This document shows, one piece after another, positions 12,001-26,351 of a DNA stretch of 64,000 bases. Position 1 is the first letter of the stretch. Each line of letters opens with the position of its first letter. The notes below the pieces were generated by a model. That model did no database searches. It saw only the letters and a program-made list of their open reading frames with translations, and was not told the origin of the DNA. Location: contig NC_087437.1 of NCBI RefSeq assembly GCF_036321535.1, positions 50,904,001-50,968,000 on the forward strand, written 5' to 3'. The position numbers and the translations under genes are program-made. The stretch comes from Camelus dromedarius. Lineage: Eukaryota.

Positions 12001-15000
12001 CCACGGCCATCACTATGTCTACACAGGGTTGTTTTCTTCATTCAGAGTTGTTAAATCTGGGACTAACAGATGGGCTCCAGAGAGTCTATGAGCCCCTACA
12101 TTGTATACAAACATTTGTTTGCACATGTGACATTTTTCTGGGAATTACATTTGCCAGAGACACTGTGGGTTGCTCTCTGGTATCCATCCACCTGAGGACA
12201 GTGCCAACACAAGTGGGAGAGTCAGCCTAAAGGACCAGAAGGACACAGAGCCAGGGTCTTAATCAGACTGTTCTTTGAGGCTTCTGTGCCTCTAGACATT
12301 TTAAATTCTAGGTCGATACTTGATTAAGAAGAAAAGGGGAATGGAAGAGAAGGGAAGAGAAAAAAGTGGAGAAATCCTACCTATTCATGAAGTTCTTCAT
12401 CAAAAGCCACTTCCACCTTCATGGCTTCTCCAACTGCCCAACATGAAATCAATTCCTCCCCTCTCCGGGCTCTACCAGGCAACTCACTTGCCCTTTTCGT
12501 AGAACACTGATTACATGTCTGCCTTTTACTATAGCCAAGCATCTCAAGGAAGGCTCTCGGTTATACTTGTGTTTTTATTTACAGCAGCACCTAGCACAAA
12601 CTCTGGCAAAAGAAGAGAAAGATGGGAAGGAAAGAGAGAGGAAGAAAATATTTTTCAGATACCTAGCATGTACCAAGATCCATGCTAGACACTCTCCCAT
12701 TCATTATTTTATTTAATGAATAAATTTTAATTTTAATGAATATATTTTAAGTAGGTATTAATATTACCATTTGTACAGAGTAGGAAATAGAGAATTCAAA
12801 GAGTTAAGTGTATTGCCCAAGGTCAGACAGCTGGTAGGTGGTAGAGATGATAGTTGAGTTCACCCGGCTAATTCTGCTCACTGAGCATCTCCCTGCCTTT
12901 GAAACTGTTGCATCATCGAGCTAACAAAATTCCAGCAGAGCCTGAGGAGGCCTTATGAGGGTGGGTAGAGGTCTCCGAGCTGCCTACATCCACCCCCCTC
13001 CACCGCCACCAAATTCTGCAATAAACACTTTCGAGTGTGGGGCAGCATCATGGGATCCTAATCAATGGCTTGGAAACTGCTGATGCACAGGGCAGTCACG
13101 GGGACAAGAAATTGTTTTCTTTAAAAAAAATTTTGGTTTTGCTTCTTCATATTCAAGATTATTTAGAACTTTGGGGTAAGTTTTCTGTCTCAGTCTGTCC
13201 CAATGACACATGAACTTGTTTATTAAAGCTAAGTGATGACAGATAATGGCAACGGACAGCCAACTTCCTGTTTGGGGGGACATGAGTAAAAGTTCACAGC
13301 CAGGCACCTGACTCTCGAACAGGGAGGCTAAAAATACAATCAAAGAAACCACTTGAAACATGGCTGTAGTTCCCATGAGAAGTGTCTGCCTCAAAGAGAA
13401 TGCACCCCCGCTCCCCCTCTCCCCTGCCCCTCTTCTGCTTTCCTTTATGCTCTCCAGAACCAGGGGTCCTAAAAGTCCTCACCACTGTAATTTCACATCT
13501 TACTAGAGGATCTTTCAAATCCACTCCAGAATAACTGACGTCCTATTTTGGTCCTAATCAGGAATTCCATTGACCATAGCTCCTAAGTGGCCTTGGAGTT
13601 CCTGCAAAGGGTCTACAAAGACATTGATATTCTTACCTTCAGGCCTTAACAAATCAGTATATGTGAAGACTGTGTTAGTTGTTGATGAGATTAATAAGAT
13701 TCAAATTTATCTGAAAGTGTTTCGGAATACACTGTAAATTTTTGTCACCATTTTTTTCTTCCCAGACAATAGATACTAAATGTAAAGCCATTCTCTTATG
13801 GGATCTGTATTGGTATTAAAGAGGGGTCTTCATATAAATTGTAAATTACCAATGATCCTAATTTTCCACCCCTATCTCTCTGTCTCTCTTGGGCCAGAGC
13901 CCCACCTCAGACTCTGTGAGAGCATGCTCCTGCACCCCCAGGACTTCCTCTGTTCCCTCCAGACTTTCAATCCTTGCTGTAGGCTTGGCCAAGACCAAGG
14001 CTTGGTCTGCTGGTTCCTGAAAGCTCCACAGGGTAAGCAGGAAAGGAAGAAGCTGAGACCTGTAAAAGGCCCTCTCACTGAGGTGGAGCAGGTGCTGGGG
14101 GACAGAGGCACTTGGAAGTGACTGACCTCAGAATAGGACCCAGCAGGAAAGGAGAGGAACAGTGCCCAAAGGTGTGGCAGGTTTGGTAGAGATTCAGGCA
14201 GCAGAGCCCCTGAGTTCCCGAGGACATAGTGGGGATCCCAGTAGGCCAGCAGTGTACAACAGGGGATACATGTGGGCCACACTAAGATTCAAGGGGCAAG
14301 TGGCACTGCTGGGGCTTAGTGACTCAGCCCAGGGAGAGGGTGAGGCCAGGGAGGGACACCACTGTAAGGATTAAATATAATGATTGTGCCTGGGACATGG
14401 TTGATGTCTGCAGACCTGATGTCTGACGTCTGATGACCTGACGTCTGATGAATGCAGACAGCTGCAACAGGTGGGGTAGCAGGTAGAGAAGGTGAAACCT
14501 TGTCTTTGCTTACAAGTTCTCTCTGCCTGGAGTACTTTTACCCCAGCCCAACTGCCACTTGCTGAGCTCTTATTCATTCTATGAAGTCTACCTCCTTCAG
14601 AGCCAGAAATTTCTCAACTCCTACATTCTTCCTTGGGGTCTGGAAGCTCAGTGGGAATCCTTGTTTTTGAGGCTTCAAGGGTAGTAAAGGGAAGCAGGCA
14701 AAGGAGCCAGAAATTCTGGGTTTAGACCCCAGGTCATAGCTCCACCACTTGATGATCTGAACTCTCCCTGAGCCACAGTCTCCTCGTCTGGAGAACACTG
14801 GGAGTAATAAACCCAACTTGCAGGCTCATAATGAGGGTAATACTCACTCTCAGAAATACCATCAATATCAAACGGGATCACATAGGGGAAAGAAAATAAT
14901 AAATTACTACTTAAATGTGATCTGTATTTATAATTTTTATCTTTATTTCCCGCTGATAGCTTCTCAAAAAGTACCTTGCACACAGCAGACGCTTTGTAAT

Positions 15001-18000
15001 TTTGTGGTAGCTAGGCAGCAGAAAAAGTCAGAATCTGGTAGAATGTCGATTGCATTACAACCCAAACCCCACATCCCACTTCCTTATTCCACAACCTGCA
15101 AGCAGCAGTGAGAGCATTCCAGGCTTACCTACTCAGGGAAGGGTGATAGAATAGATGAAAGAAGACAATTTTGGCTTCTGAGTTTCTAAATACACTTTTT
15201 AGAACTTATTCTAGAAAAAGTTTTGAAACACCAATTAGTGGTAATAAGTGGACCCACTGAGCTTCAGAATCCAGAATCCTAAAGAGTTTAGGCATAACGT
15301 TTATGCCTAAACAGTAGAAACAGGAGAATGGATGACAATGAGTCAGCTTTTCCCACCTGGGAGGAGATAACGGTTCCCAGGTCTGGAAGAGGGATGAGAA
15401 AGGGGGAGTCTAGTGATAGAGTTAGAAGCAGGTGTGGGCCCCTGGGATGATGCCTACCTCTCAATACAGGCCGGAACTCCAGAGCAAGGGGGATGCTGGA
15501 ACCCTTTAGAGGTGGTGGTGGGGAGAACAGAAGGATGTGTGCCTTGACGGCGAAGAAGAAATCAGAAAAGCAGCAGTCTCCCATAGCAGCAGCAAAGGAG
15601 AAACTGGAGTGTGCTGTTTCTAGACAAAGGGGGGCCTATGGCAGCCGCTCCAAGTTCCCTATAGTTCCTGTAGATTGGCATAGGAGAGGACATGGGTGGT
15701 TCTTGTGTGCCCCTGAGAGGGACGCGGAAGTAGATGAAGAGGCCTTTGAAAACAGGGCAAAGAGAATGCAAAGTGACCAGCAAGGACTGATGGCCAGAAC
15801 CAGCTGGGACTGGGGACTTTCAGCTGATGCCAGTGGGGAAGGGGTCAATGATCAAGAGAGAGACCAATGGGAAAACAGATGCACCAACAGGTGCCACCGC
15901 AGACCAGTGATGCAAATGACCATGGTAAGAACATGCCAGATGCTTCTTCCTATAATATTCTGGCACTGTGAACTATACAAGCAACATGAATCTGGAATTG
16001 ATAAGGCTTTCCTGAAGAGAGTTGTCATTAAGCTGACTATAATTTCTGCCACTGGTAGAATGGGAAGCTCAGAATAGAGATTAGGTTCAATGTTAGAAAA
16101 CTAATAGGTTAAGTCGTACTTTTTTTTGTAACCTAAGACTTAGATCCCTATACCAGTAGGAACTCAAGAACAATATGAAATTCAAAAATGAGAAAAAACT
16201 AATCCATAGTGACATGGCTAGAGTAGTAACTACCCTTGGGGAGGTTCTGCGTGAGGAGGGCATGAAGGAGCATTCTGAGATGCCACAAATGTTCTAGAGC
16301 TTAATCTGGGTGGTGGTTACATGGTTGTACACATATGCAAAAAATCATCAAGCTGTACACTTAAGATATGAACAATTTATTGAATGTAATCTATACCTGA
16401 AGATTAAAAATAGTGAACACTGAGATCAAACACAGAAATGCAAAGATAAGTGAGATGCTGTGTGGGCAACAGCAGGCTCACTGTGGGGGCACCTAGTAAC
16501 CCATGTCCAAGGCTCCCCAGAGGGAGCTGAGCAAAAGGGGCTGCAGCTGTGCCAGTCACAGAGCATCACTGGTTCCCAGAACCTTCCATCAGGCAGCCCT
16601 CCTGAGGATACTGAAGGCCCCAGCTGCCTTCAGAATCATGGCTTATTTCAGGCCTCGCTCTGAGGGGGACACATAGTACGTGTAGTGGAGAACACACAGG
16701 CTATGCATAGGAGTTAAATTCAGGCTCCTCTCTTTTACTAGCTGTGAAACCTTGAGCATATATTTAGCATTGCTAAATCTTATTTCCCCCATCTATGAAT
16801 TGGGAGTAAAAATACCTACCTTGTTTTAAATGAGATAGTACAGGCGAGATAGTTGCTCTGAAATAGTCTGAAAAGGACAACTGTTGCAGTCATGTAGACC
16901 CAAGAAATTAACCCTGATTTCTTAACACTTAATAGTATCCACACAGTAACATGGATTGGCAAAGGGAATGTGTGGAAGAAGGTGCACCAGTTAACAGGCT
17001 GATTTTATCTGGATGATGGTAAAGAAAACATTGGACTGGTTTTCTTGCCAAGATCAACTGGCTACTCTGATGTTGAGTAGACATAATCTGTGGGTCCCTG
17101 TCAATAAGAACAGAAGTTCATCTGTACCTTATCGTAGTGGGACCTACCTTTGGCTAGGTGCCTGGCACTCCGTAAGTGCCTGAAAATGAACAGTTATTAG
17201 TATTAGCCTGTGGAATACTTTCTCCTCTACAATCCTACAGCATTTCCAAGAGCCAGAATTGGGCTTCTTAGTGTTCTCTTACAGGAGGTCAGGCAATTTT
17301 TGATGGCATCTCGAACAGGTGCTCACATTCAGCTAGTGATGAACAAGAACAGCATGCAATCACTGGCTCAGCAAGCATTTATGTACCATATTCCAAGTAC
17401 TGGGAAGCCAAGAAGCCAACCCAAGCCATCAAGTCAGCCACTGACCACATGGATACCTCATTATATAGATCTCACCATCATTCATCCTGTCATTAGCAAA
17501 ACAAATTATATGAAAATAAGCAATGCCAGGACCTTCACCAAAGTCTCCTTAGACTGCCACTGTGAAGAAAGTTACATCACCTCCCAAAGCACCACATGTG
17601 TCCTCTCAGGCTCAGCCCAGATAACCAGGCTGCCACCATGATGTCCCTCTTTCTTTCCTCACTTCAGCCCCAGGGACTCAATATGACCTCCTTTTTTTCT
17701 TCCAAGCTTCTTCTAACCGCTGCTCTGTATCTTAGGGACCCTTCCACCCAAGAATAAATGCAGGATGAGTATGGTCTCTCTGACCTCCCATCTTCTTGCT
17801 GCCCTGCAGATAAGCTGACAAGCCTTTCTTCTTTCATGAATTTTTTAATAATAAAAATGAAAGTAACAAATATGGCAAAGTTCTCCAAATAAACATGACA
17901 AAGTCCTCCAAGACTAAAAAACTGTCCAAGTTCTTACAGTCATTGTCCCAGGTCTATAATTTCTGACTACCTGGCTTATCTAGCATTCAGAGTCTAAAGG

Positions 18001-19639
18001 TCCACTTCGGGCAAGGGAGGGCCCTTGGCTCCTCTGGACCCTCCCCTGGGTAACAGTCACCTTACAACCCCTGCCTCACGTGTGAACAGGCCACTTGGGC
18101 CTTTCCTCATAGGTGCTTCTCTTACTTACAGCTTTCTAAAAACTACTTGGAGAAAATATGTTTCTCCCCACAACTGGCTAATAAATCATGGCCAGGTCAC
18201 TGTAAATCTCCAGTAGTGGGCAGGTCATTCAATACCTGACACACCCAAAGTTTCCTCCAAAGAAACTGTCCCACCCCATGCCATACCTAATTGGACCAAT
18301 GGGCCCTTGACCCAAGGGCAACTACTCTGTTAACAGGCCAGCAACTCAGGAAGTGGCCTCAAATGAAAGGCTCTTTTCAAATAGCAACAATAGTGATTGG
18401 CTTAGTTGATCAAATTCTCCCTTCTGCCTTTCTGGACTGGGGAATCCTGGGAAAGAATAAATCAACGTGTAACAGTAAGAAACACTAAGAGGAGTCTTGA
18501 GAAGAGAAGCAGAGAATGAGAGAGCAGCCGAGCCACATCAAAGGTAGGAAAGTTAAGAAACGTTACTACTGGATGTGGTGGGGAAATCAAGATGATCTGA
18601 TTCCCACTGACTTCAGTCCCACAAAGGTGTTATTGGCTTCTATGGAGGTTCTAAAATGATGAGATAAAATACCAACTCTGGCACACTCTCCCTGAAAGGT
18701 AGGTACTATTGTCATCCTAATCTTACAAATGAGAAAGCTGAGGCTTAGAAAATCTAACTAATTTGCCCACAGCCACACAGCAAATAAGTGACTGAACTGG
18801 GATTTAAACCCAGGTTCCGACTCCAAAGCCCCTGTTCTTTCTACTCTACCATTCTGCCTTATAAGAGACCATTACAGACAACATACATGCTAAATATCTA
18901 AAGAGACCCCAACGATATTATCCAGCATTGGAAAGAACAAGGCAGCTCCACATATACTGACCTGTCACAACCTCCAAAAATTGTTGTGAAGCCAAAAAAA
19001 AAAGGAAGGTGCAAAACAGAGGGTATAGTGTGTCAACATTTGTGTTTGAAAAAATAGAGCAATGAGCAAGCGTCCTATATGCATGTATATATTGGTCCAT
19101 GCAAGGCAGGAAGAAGGAAGCTAACAGTGACGATGGCAAGTGGTTCACTGTTTCTCCTGTATTTCTGAATTTGAAACAGGCATATGTTTTATCCATGCAA
19201 AAGAATAAACAACATGTTAAAACCACAAAGAGATTTCAACAACCTATAAGCCCCTATACCTTAAACGCCTTCAAGCATGAAAATTTTCCAGTATCTATGT
19301 CTGAGACCTCAAAGCAAACAGTCCAGGAGCAATTGCAATCAGAAAGTGGGTTAAATAGATACCCAGAAGCTCACAGAACTCTTCTCTTGTTTTCATAAGA
19401 ACTAACACTCATAGGAAAATGAGTAAAATAGCCTCAGAGAGAAACTTACTATTTCCTGTCGAGAAAGTGAATGAGATTTGGAAAGTTTTGAGGCGAGGGA
19501 TTACCAGAATAGGGGCATCAACAATAAACAGAGTTTGCTCTATTTCTATCCTGTCTCCGTCTTCCTTTCCAACCTCTCTCATTAAAACTCATTAAACTCT
19601 CCATTGAAACTTACCACTTGGGAGAAAAAGAAAAGAAGA

Positions 19640-22250
19640 AAAAGACAAAGAAACAACTTTATGCCAAAAAAAATTCCAGATATATTAAAGATTAAAGTAT
19701 CAAATCTGTAGATATAACAAAACTAAAAGAAATGATAAGTGAGTAAGTGCATAATCAAGCAATGGGGAAGGTCTTTTTTAAAATGCACACCAAAGGCAAA
19801 AACCATCAAGGAAATGATCAATATATCTGACTAAATACTAGTTTTAAACTTTGTATATAAAAATATTACTAAAATTTTATGAGTCATATGATCAATGGAA
19901 AATACTTGCAACATTATTACCAAAGATTACAATCTTTACTATCGAAAGAGTTTTTATAGGTCTCTTGAAAAATCACCGAAAACTGAAAGGAGAACAAGAA
20001 ACAGAAACACAAACTCCATCTTCAGTGAAACCAAGAGACATCAGTAACCCCAAACCACACAATGTGAAAACTGTTAAGTGACTTTAATGACAGGAGGGGA
20101 GTCAAACCAAGTTTGTCCCTCAGAACCCCAAAAGTCAGGAATATTAAAGTCCCCAAATACCAGGAAGTCCAGGATAGACAGGGGCTGACAACAGGGTTTA
20201 AGAAGTTAAGCCTCCTGGTTCTCCTCTCTACCTCTTGCAGTCTAGCAACTCCCACTCCCACTGGAGAGGAAGATTTGTCCTCTGGAGATATCAGACCAAA
20301 AAGGTTCTGGACTCAGAGACATCAGGAGCCGAGGAAGACACGTGCAGACATCTTACTTAAAATTAAGGGGTTAAGTAAAGGTTTGCACACACCCACACAC
20401 CTGTCCAGAATACATGCAGCTGTCTTTTAACCTCCAGCAAAAGACTGAAGATCCTTATCTGGAGAAGCTGAACAACCCTGAACAACAGATACTGACATAT
20501 GAGGATCCCAAATAAAAAATCATTAGGCCACCTGATAACCCTGGTAAAACTCTCAAGTCTGCTGGCCTCCCAACCTATGGCATGTGCACTGAGCTGAGGC
20601 TAGCATATTAAGCCCTCAATCTGAAATATGATTGGAAAGCCAAGGGTATTTGAGGAAACCCTCTGTAGTAGCTGAATTGTGGCCCCAAAAGATATGCCCA
20701 CATCATGATCCCAGAGCCTGTGCCTATTACCCTATATGGCAAAAGAGTGACTATTACTTTATCTGGCACAAGGTGTGATTAAGTTAAGGATTTCTTAACT
20801 TAAGAAGGAGGAGCTTATCTGGGTGGGCCCTACATGCAATCACATATATCTTTATAAAACACAGACACACAGAGAGAGAACACACAGAGAAAGAGGAGGC
20901 AATGTGACCATGCTGCAGAGATTGGAGTGGTGTGGCCACAACTGAAGAGATGTCAACGGCCACCAGAAACTGGAAGAGGCAAAGAACAGAGTCTCCCATA
21001 CAGTCTCCGCAGGGAGTAATGCTGACACCTTGATTTTGGACTTCCGTCCTCCAGAACTGTGAGAAAATAAATTTATGTTGTTTTAAGTCACCTAGTTTGT
21101 GATAATTTATTATGGTAGCAAACCTAGGAAACTGAGACACCCTCTAAGATGAAAGACAGAGACCTAAGCAACTAAGCAGAGTAAAGGAACTCGCAAGAGA
21201 GAGAGAGAGCAGAAGGAAACTTCAAATATATTATAACAGCCTCAAAGAAATAAGAATAGGACCCTATTAAAATAAACAACAAGGACTCTTGGAAACTAAG
21301 GATAAGGTGGCAGAAATTAAAAATCCACAGGAGAGTTGACATATACTGTTGAGGAAATCTCCTAGAAAATAGAACAAAAAGGTCAATAGGAAAGAAAAGG
21401 TAACAAAAAAATGAAATTAAATTCAGAAGGTGCAACACCTAACTAATAATAGCTAGTAATAGCTCCAGAGCTTAGATAAAAAGAGTTGAAGGGAAGATAT
21501 CAGAGAAAAAATGCAAGTTCCCAGAATTGAAAGACATGAGTCTCCCAATTGAAGGAACCAACACAAGGGATGAAAAAAGACCCACAGCAACTGTAAGTGC
21601 TGTTGCAGAAATGAATCTATTGGCATTAAAAAAATGATTATGATACAATACAGGTGAAATAAACAGATTTAAAAACATGGGTCCAATAGAAATCTATTCT
21701 CATAAAATATGTAATAGGTAACAGTATAGAGCACTGCCTTCAAATGTCAAAAGAAAATTATTTTCAATCTTGAATTTTATACCCAGCCAAAATATTAATC
21801 AAATATGAAGAGAAAATAAAAACATTTTTAGACATTTAAGTTTCAAAAATTTATCTCATATACCCTTTCATTGTAAGCTATTAAAGGTTGTGATCCATTA
21901 AAATGTGAGAGTATACAAGAAAGAAGAAGACATGGGATCCAGGGAGAGAAAAATCCGACTTAGAAAAGAGGCAACAGGAACTCCCAGGATAACAGCTGTG
22001 CGACAGGCCTAGTGAGCACCCAGGTAAGATCAGAGCAGGAGGACAGAGGGAAAAGAAGTTATCCAAAACTGATGCATCAGAAGATAATGGAGTACACAAA
22101 TCACTTAGAAATCTGGAAATAAATAAAAGCAGAAATACTTTAAAATGTGTGAAAGCAATTGTTGCAGAAGAGTAGGCTGAAAGAGGGCATAGGAATAGGA
22201 GATCACTGCTTTTCATTGTAAGATTTTTAGCTATAGTTTACTTTTTAAGC
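19640..22250 (+). mobile_element. Ancient L1M fragments (5'/ORF1-like region) split by the MLT1 LTR
   Basis: A-rich decayed ORF1-like sequence (aattttatacccagccaaaatattaatcaaatatgaag). Boundaries approximate. Confidence 0.55.
20664..21139 (+). mobile_element. MaLR solo LTR (MLT1C/D-like)
   Basis: TGTAGTAG...GAGACA ends, with a perfect 5-bp duplication CCCTC at 20659-20663 and 21140-21144. Confidence 0.85.
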
Positions 22251-22251
22251 T

Positions 22252-22430
22252 TGTACTCATTTCCTCGGGCTGTCATAACCAGTTACCACAAACTTGGCAG
22301 TTTAACCAACTAGAAATTTATTCTCTCACAGTTTTGGAAGTCAAGGGTCTGAAATCAAGTTGTCAGTAGGGCTGGCTCTCTCTGGAGGCTCAGAGGGAGA
22401 TTCTTTTCCATGTTTCTCTCCTGTCTCCTC
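22252..22430 (-). mobile_element. MaLR LTR 3' fragment
   Basis: Reverse complement of the MLT1 3' end seen at 21040-21139 (accacaaacttggcagtttaa...aaatttattctctcacagtt). Confidence 0.7.
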
Positions 22431-24535
22431 TCTCTTGTATTCCTTGATTTAGTTGTTTTACTGACAAGGAAACCAGAGCACAGTGAAATTATAAAACCTA
22501 CCCAAAGTCACACAGCTAATAAGTGGTGGAACTGAGATTTAAACCCAGCAGTCTGGCTCCAAGCTATGCTATTAACCACCCTGCTGGCTGCCTCTGTACA
22601 GGTCAATGCACAGAAAGGACATTACACCAGGTCTATACACCAAAGAAGCTGCCACATTGTCTCGATAGGAAGGGATTGCAGGTAATTTTTATGTTCTTTT
22701 TGTTTGTATGGGTTTCTAATTTTCCTGTAATGAGTTTGTAGTGTTATTACAGCATATAAATATTAAAAACTGCATTTTGAAGAACAACATTATCTCCTCA
22801 GCCTACCATCTAGGACCTAATTTCAGTCAGTGGGAAAAGTAGGAGACCTGGTTACTAATCCAACTCTGTCACTCAAGGCACACAGTAAGTGCTCAATACA
22901 ATTTGTATTCATTAAGTGTCTACTCTGGTGTCAGACACTGTACTCGAAGCAATAAATGCTATTATTGTCAGTGTTACCTGTCCACCTTTAGATGAGTCAG
23001 CAACCTTTCTGGGCCCCAAGAAGGAGATTAGGATGAAGTGGATTGATTGGACTATGGTGAATGGGGTGATTCTGGCAAGGTTATTGGTCCTTTTGAGGGA
23101 AGCATTGAAGAAGTGGGTGTTTGCCTTTTAAGAGAAGGTTCTAAAAAAGCATAAAAGTTGAACTAGATAGAGGACCCTCCATAACGCTGGAAGGAGTTCC
23201 CTGTAGTTAGGTTGCTGGAGTCGAGGGTGGAGGTGTGAGGTGGGGATGCTGAGCAGGAGGTTCCTGAGTCCCTCCCTCCATATAACACGGGGTGTTTCCC
23301 TGCCAGTCAGTAGGCTGAGGGTATAAGCAGATAAGAACAGAAATGGCAAGGGGCTCAGCGTATAGGTGGTAACTGACTTGGCCACTTTGCCAGGTGAGGC
23401 ATGACTAGTCCTGCAGGAAGTAACTTGCCCTGTATCTTTAAAATGCCCAGAGGGAAGTGAGACAATAAAATTGGCTAACACTGCAGAAACCCATTACTCA
23501 GAATTCATCAGTGCTGTTCCATCGTTGATTTTCCTCCCTCTTTCCACTCTCCCTTCCTTGCTGGACTTCTTAAATCCTGTGTAAACTCCAGCCTCAACAA
23601 AGATAATCCCACTGCCCATGGGCTTGACCCTAGACCTCTTATTCTCCACCTTCCCAGACTTTGTTTTCTGTTCCTTCCAACTGCTGACCTACTGATAATC
23701 CAAGAAGATGCCAACTCCCAAAGTCTCAAACTATGGACAAGATCTGATGCTTTCTCCAGTCCCTGGGAATGACCTGGCCTGTCCCTGGCCTCTGTTTATC
23801 ATAAATTTCAACATCCTCAGTGGGACAATCTCTGTTGTAACCCAATGGAAAGGAGCTCAAACTGTAATCTTAGACCTCAGTAAAGATGGAATCTCAGGAT
23901 GGGATCCCTGTGATCACTGTGGATGCAATTGACATAATCTATGAGTATAATTATTTTATGAAGCAAAATAAAATTATTACCTCATCTTCTATAAGAAGTG
24001 CTCTTCTTTTACACCCACCACAAACTGCTGACCAGTGAAGGTCCTGCTTTCCCCGGAATCTAGACACTGCTCCCCGAGAGACTGCACGTTATAGTGGTGA
24101 GCGTGTGGTCCCTGGACTCAGAAAGCCTTCGGTTCAAATAACAGCCTTGTCACTTCTCTGTGCCTTACTCTCCCCACCCATAAAGTGAGGGAAAGTAACT
24201 ATCCCCCTGGGTTGTGCTAAGGAGTGGAAAGTGCATATATGAGGCGGTGACTGCAGCCCCTGGCTCCGATTAGGCTTCTGTAAATTATAGTCATTGTTCC
24301 TGGAGTTAGGAGCCAAGTGTGGGTTCTAAGCAGAAAGCTCGCCTGGCTTCTTATCATTAAGGAGTTCGTGCCCCCAGGTCACCACCTCTCAGGAAATTTC
24401 AAGCAAGCACAGGCCCAGCTAAGTGTGTGCATGTGTCTCAGGTACAGGCCTGGGAGCTCAGGCCAGGCAGATCTCCAGAGAATTGCTGCTTTTTTCTACT
24501 CCAGAGGAGAGCACTGGGCCTGTTTGTTCACACAC

Positions 24536-24701
24536 CTGGAAAAGGTTAGCAGCTTCCAGGACCCGCTGGACGTTCTGCTTGGTGATCAGTGCCTTGCTGG
24601 TGTACGTGTAGTCCAGAAGAGTGTGCATGGTCTCCGCATCGACCCCTTTGATAACGATCCTCTTCTCATACTTTTCCTTTAAATCATTGCAGAACATGGC
24701 C
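24536..24701 (-). CDS. KLHL6: Kelch-like protein 6, coding exon 2 (BTB domain)
   Basis: Acceptor ctctcttccag|G completes the Arg codon, then [55 protein letters not shown]. Donor CAG|GTGTGT; 166 nt, cumulative 459 (in frame). Confidence 0.96.
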
Positions 24702-26351
24702 CTGGAAGAGAGGCATGTGAGTGTGAGTCAGACCATGACCCTTGGTTCCAGGGCTAAACAGACCCCCCGCAGACCTGTGTGCCCACGTGGAACTTTGAGG
24801 TTCCCAAGGTCAGGATCTGGGGCGATTGCTCTCTGTTCCTCAGCACTCAGCACAAACCAAATGTTACATCAGTGCTTACTGAACGCTTGTGTCCCACTCT
24901 GCTGAGCCCAACTGTGGTCCCCAAGGCAGTCCCAGATGTGAAGGGACACTAGGAGCCCTACTGGCACACCTGGTAGGATCTAGAACTACTTTATATTGGC
25001 TCAAAGTGCAGGATTCTTCTGTAGGTATTCTGTGACCCTTCCCGACCCTCCCCACCCCTCCCAGCCCCCGCCAAGCTCCATCTGAATTTTCTTTCTCAAC
25101 TTCCAGCACCAAACAGGGCTCCTGACTCAGTTCTCAGTTCTTACTCCAGCTCTCCTCTGCCCTGGAGCCTGGCCCCACCATCAGGCCTGTCTGGCTAGGG
25201 GGCAGATGCCCTCCAGCAACTCAAGTAGCTGCCTCCCCAGCCTCTTACCCCAGAGGCTGGACCCTGTCTATGGATTCCAGTCATAGTTGGAAGCCTTCAA
25301 TTGCCTCAACCCAGGAGAGAATTCCCCAAGGTCATTACTCTGTCTTGCCTCTGGACTATGCCTTTCCTGCTCCCTCCCTAGGACTGGACTTCTGGAAGCA
25401 GGGGAACAGGATGGAAAAGATGTTGGTTTTGACATCAATTGGACCAGGACTCAACACCAGTTCCATCAGCTCAGAACTTGGGCGTATTACACTTGGGCGT
25501 ATTACTTAATCTCCATGAACTTCAGTTTTTTCAATATGTAATGGTGGTGATTTTAATAGCTATTTTTAAAGTTTATTGTAAGAATTAGCTCAATAACTAA
25601 TAGATAAATAGAGATATAGAGGGTTTTATTTCACCTCATATTAGGCTCATATGTGAATTTATCATGCTTCCTGGGCTTTGATATTTGAACTGTCAATCTC
25701 TCTCAGGGACTATATGAGCAATTTTATTTATTCTTAAAATGGATTTAAAGCCCTACCATGCTTCTGAAAAGATTTATGGAATTCTGAAAACTTAAATGGT
25801 ACCTAAAATATAATAAGATTGCATAAATTAAAAGCAGAGGAGAAAGAAGATTAAAAAAAATGAGTGGGGAAATGAAGATAATCTATGAAAATGGCTAGAA
25901 GTGCCCATCACAATGGCCACTGCGCTGTCATTACAGATGAGCCTCACACTTGACCAACACAAAAGACAGACCATCTGGTCAGTTACACAGTTCACAAATC
26001 CAAGTACTCAGAAGAATTTCTGTTGCTCTTAACACTGAAAACTAGATGGAACTTCTCTTGGGGATGAACAGCAGTCTCACGATGGTCTTACTGTAGACAG
26101 TAGGCTCATGAGGCTGATCCTTACAGTTGCAGCTGAGACAACTCCCTCAGCCTCATTCCCACAAACACCTGTTCACTCTCTCTTGCCTTCCCAGTGGCTG
26201 TGGGATCCCAGCAGCCCCACAGGCTGGGACAGCACAGCTTATGAAAACAACTCTTTGGAAGCTCTGGAATTCAGTTTCTTTCAGTTCATCATGCATTCAC
26301 TCTGCATAGGATACTGGGGCTAGGAATGGAAGGGATTTCAGTATTTGATGG

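Noticed and set aside
14402..14460. TGATGA/CTGA motifs suggesting a C/D box snoRNA
   Set aside because: They lie antisense to the host transcript, lack C-to-D spacing and a terminal stem, and are explained by tandem duplication.
15880..15900. CTCF-like CCAACAGGTGCCAC (and a similar site near 2775)
   Set aside because: Two or more mismatches in the core; cannot be supported without PWM scoring or ChIP.
15493..16077. Longest non-KLHL6 ORF (194 aa, plus strand)
   Set aside because: No recognisable domain or exon context; antisense within an intron; compatible with chance.
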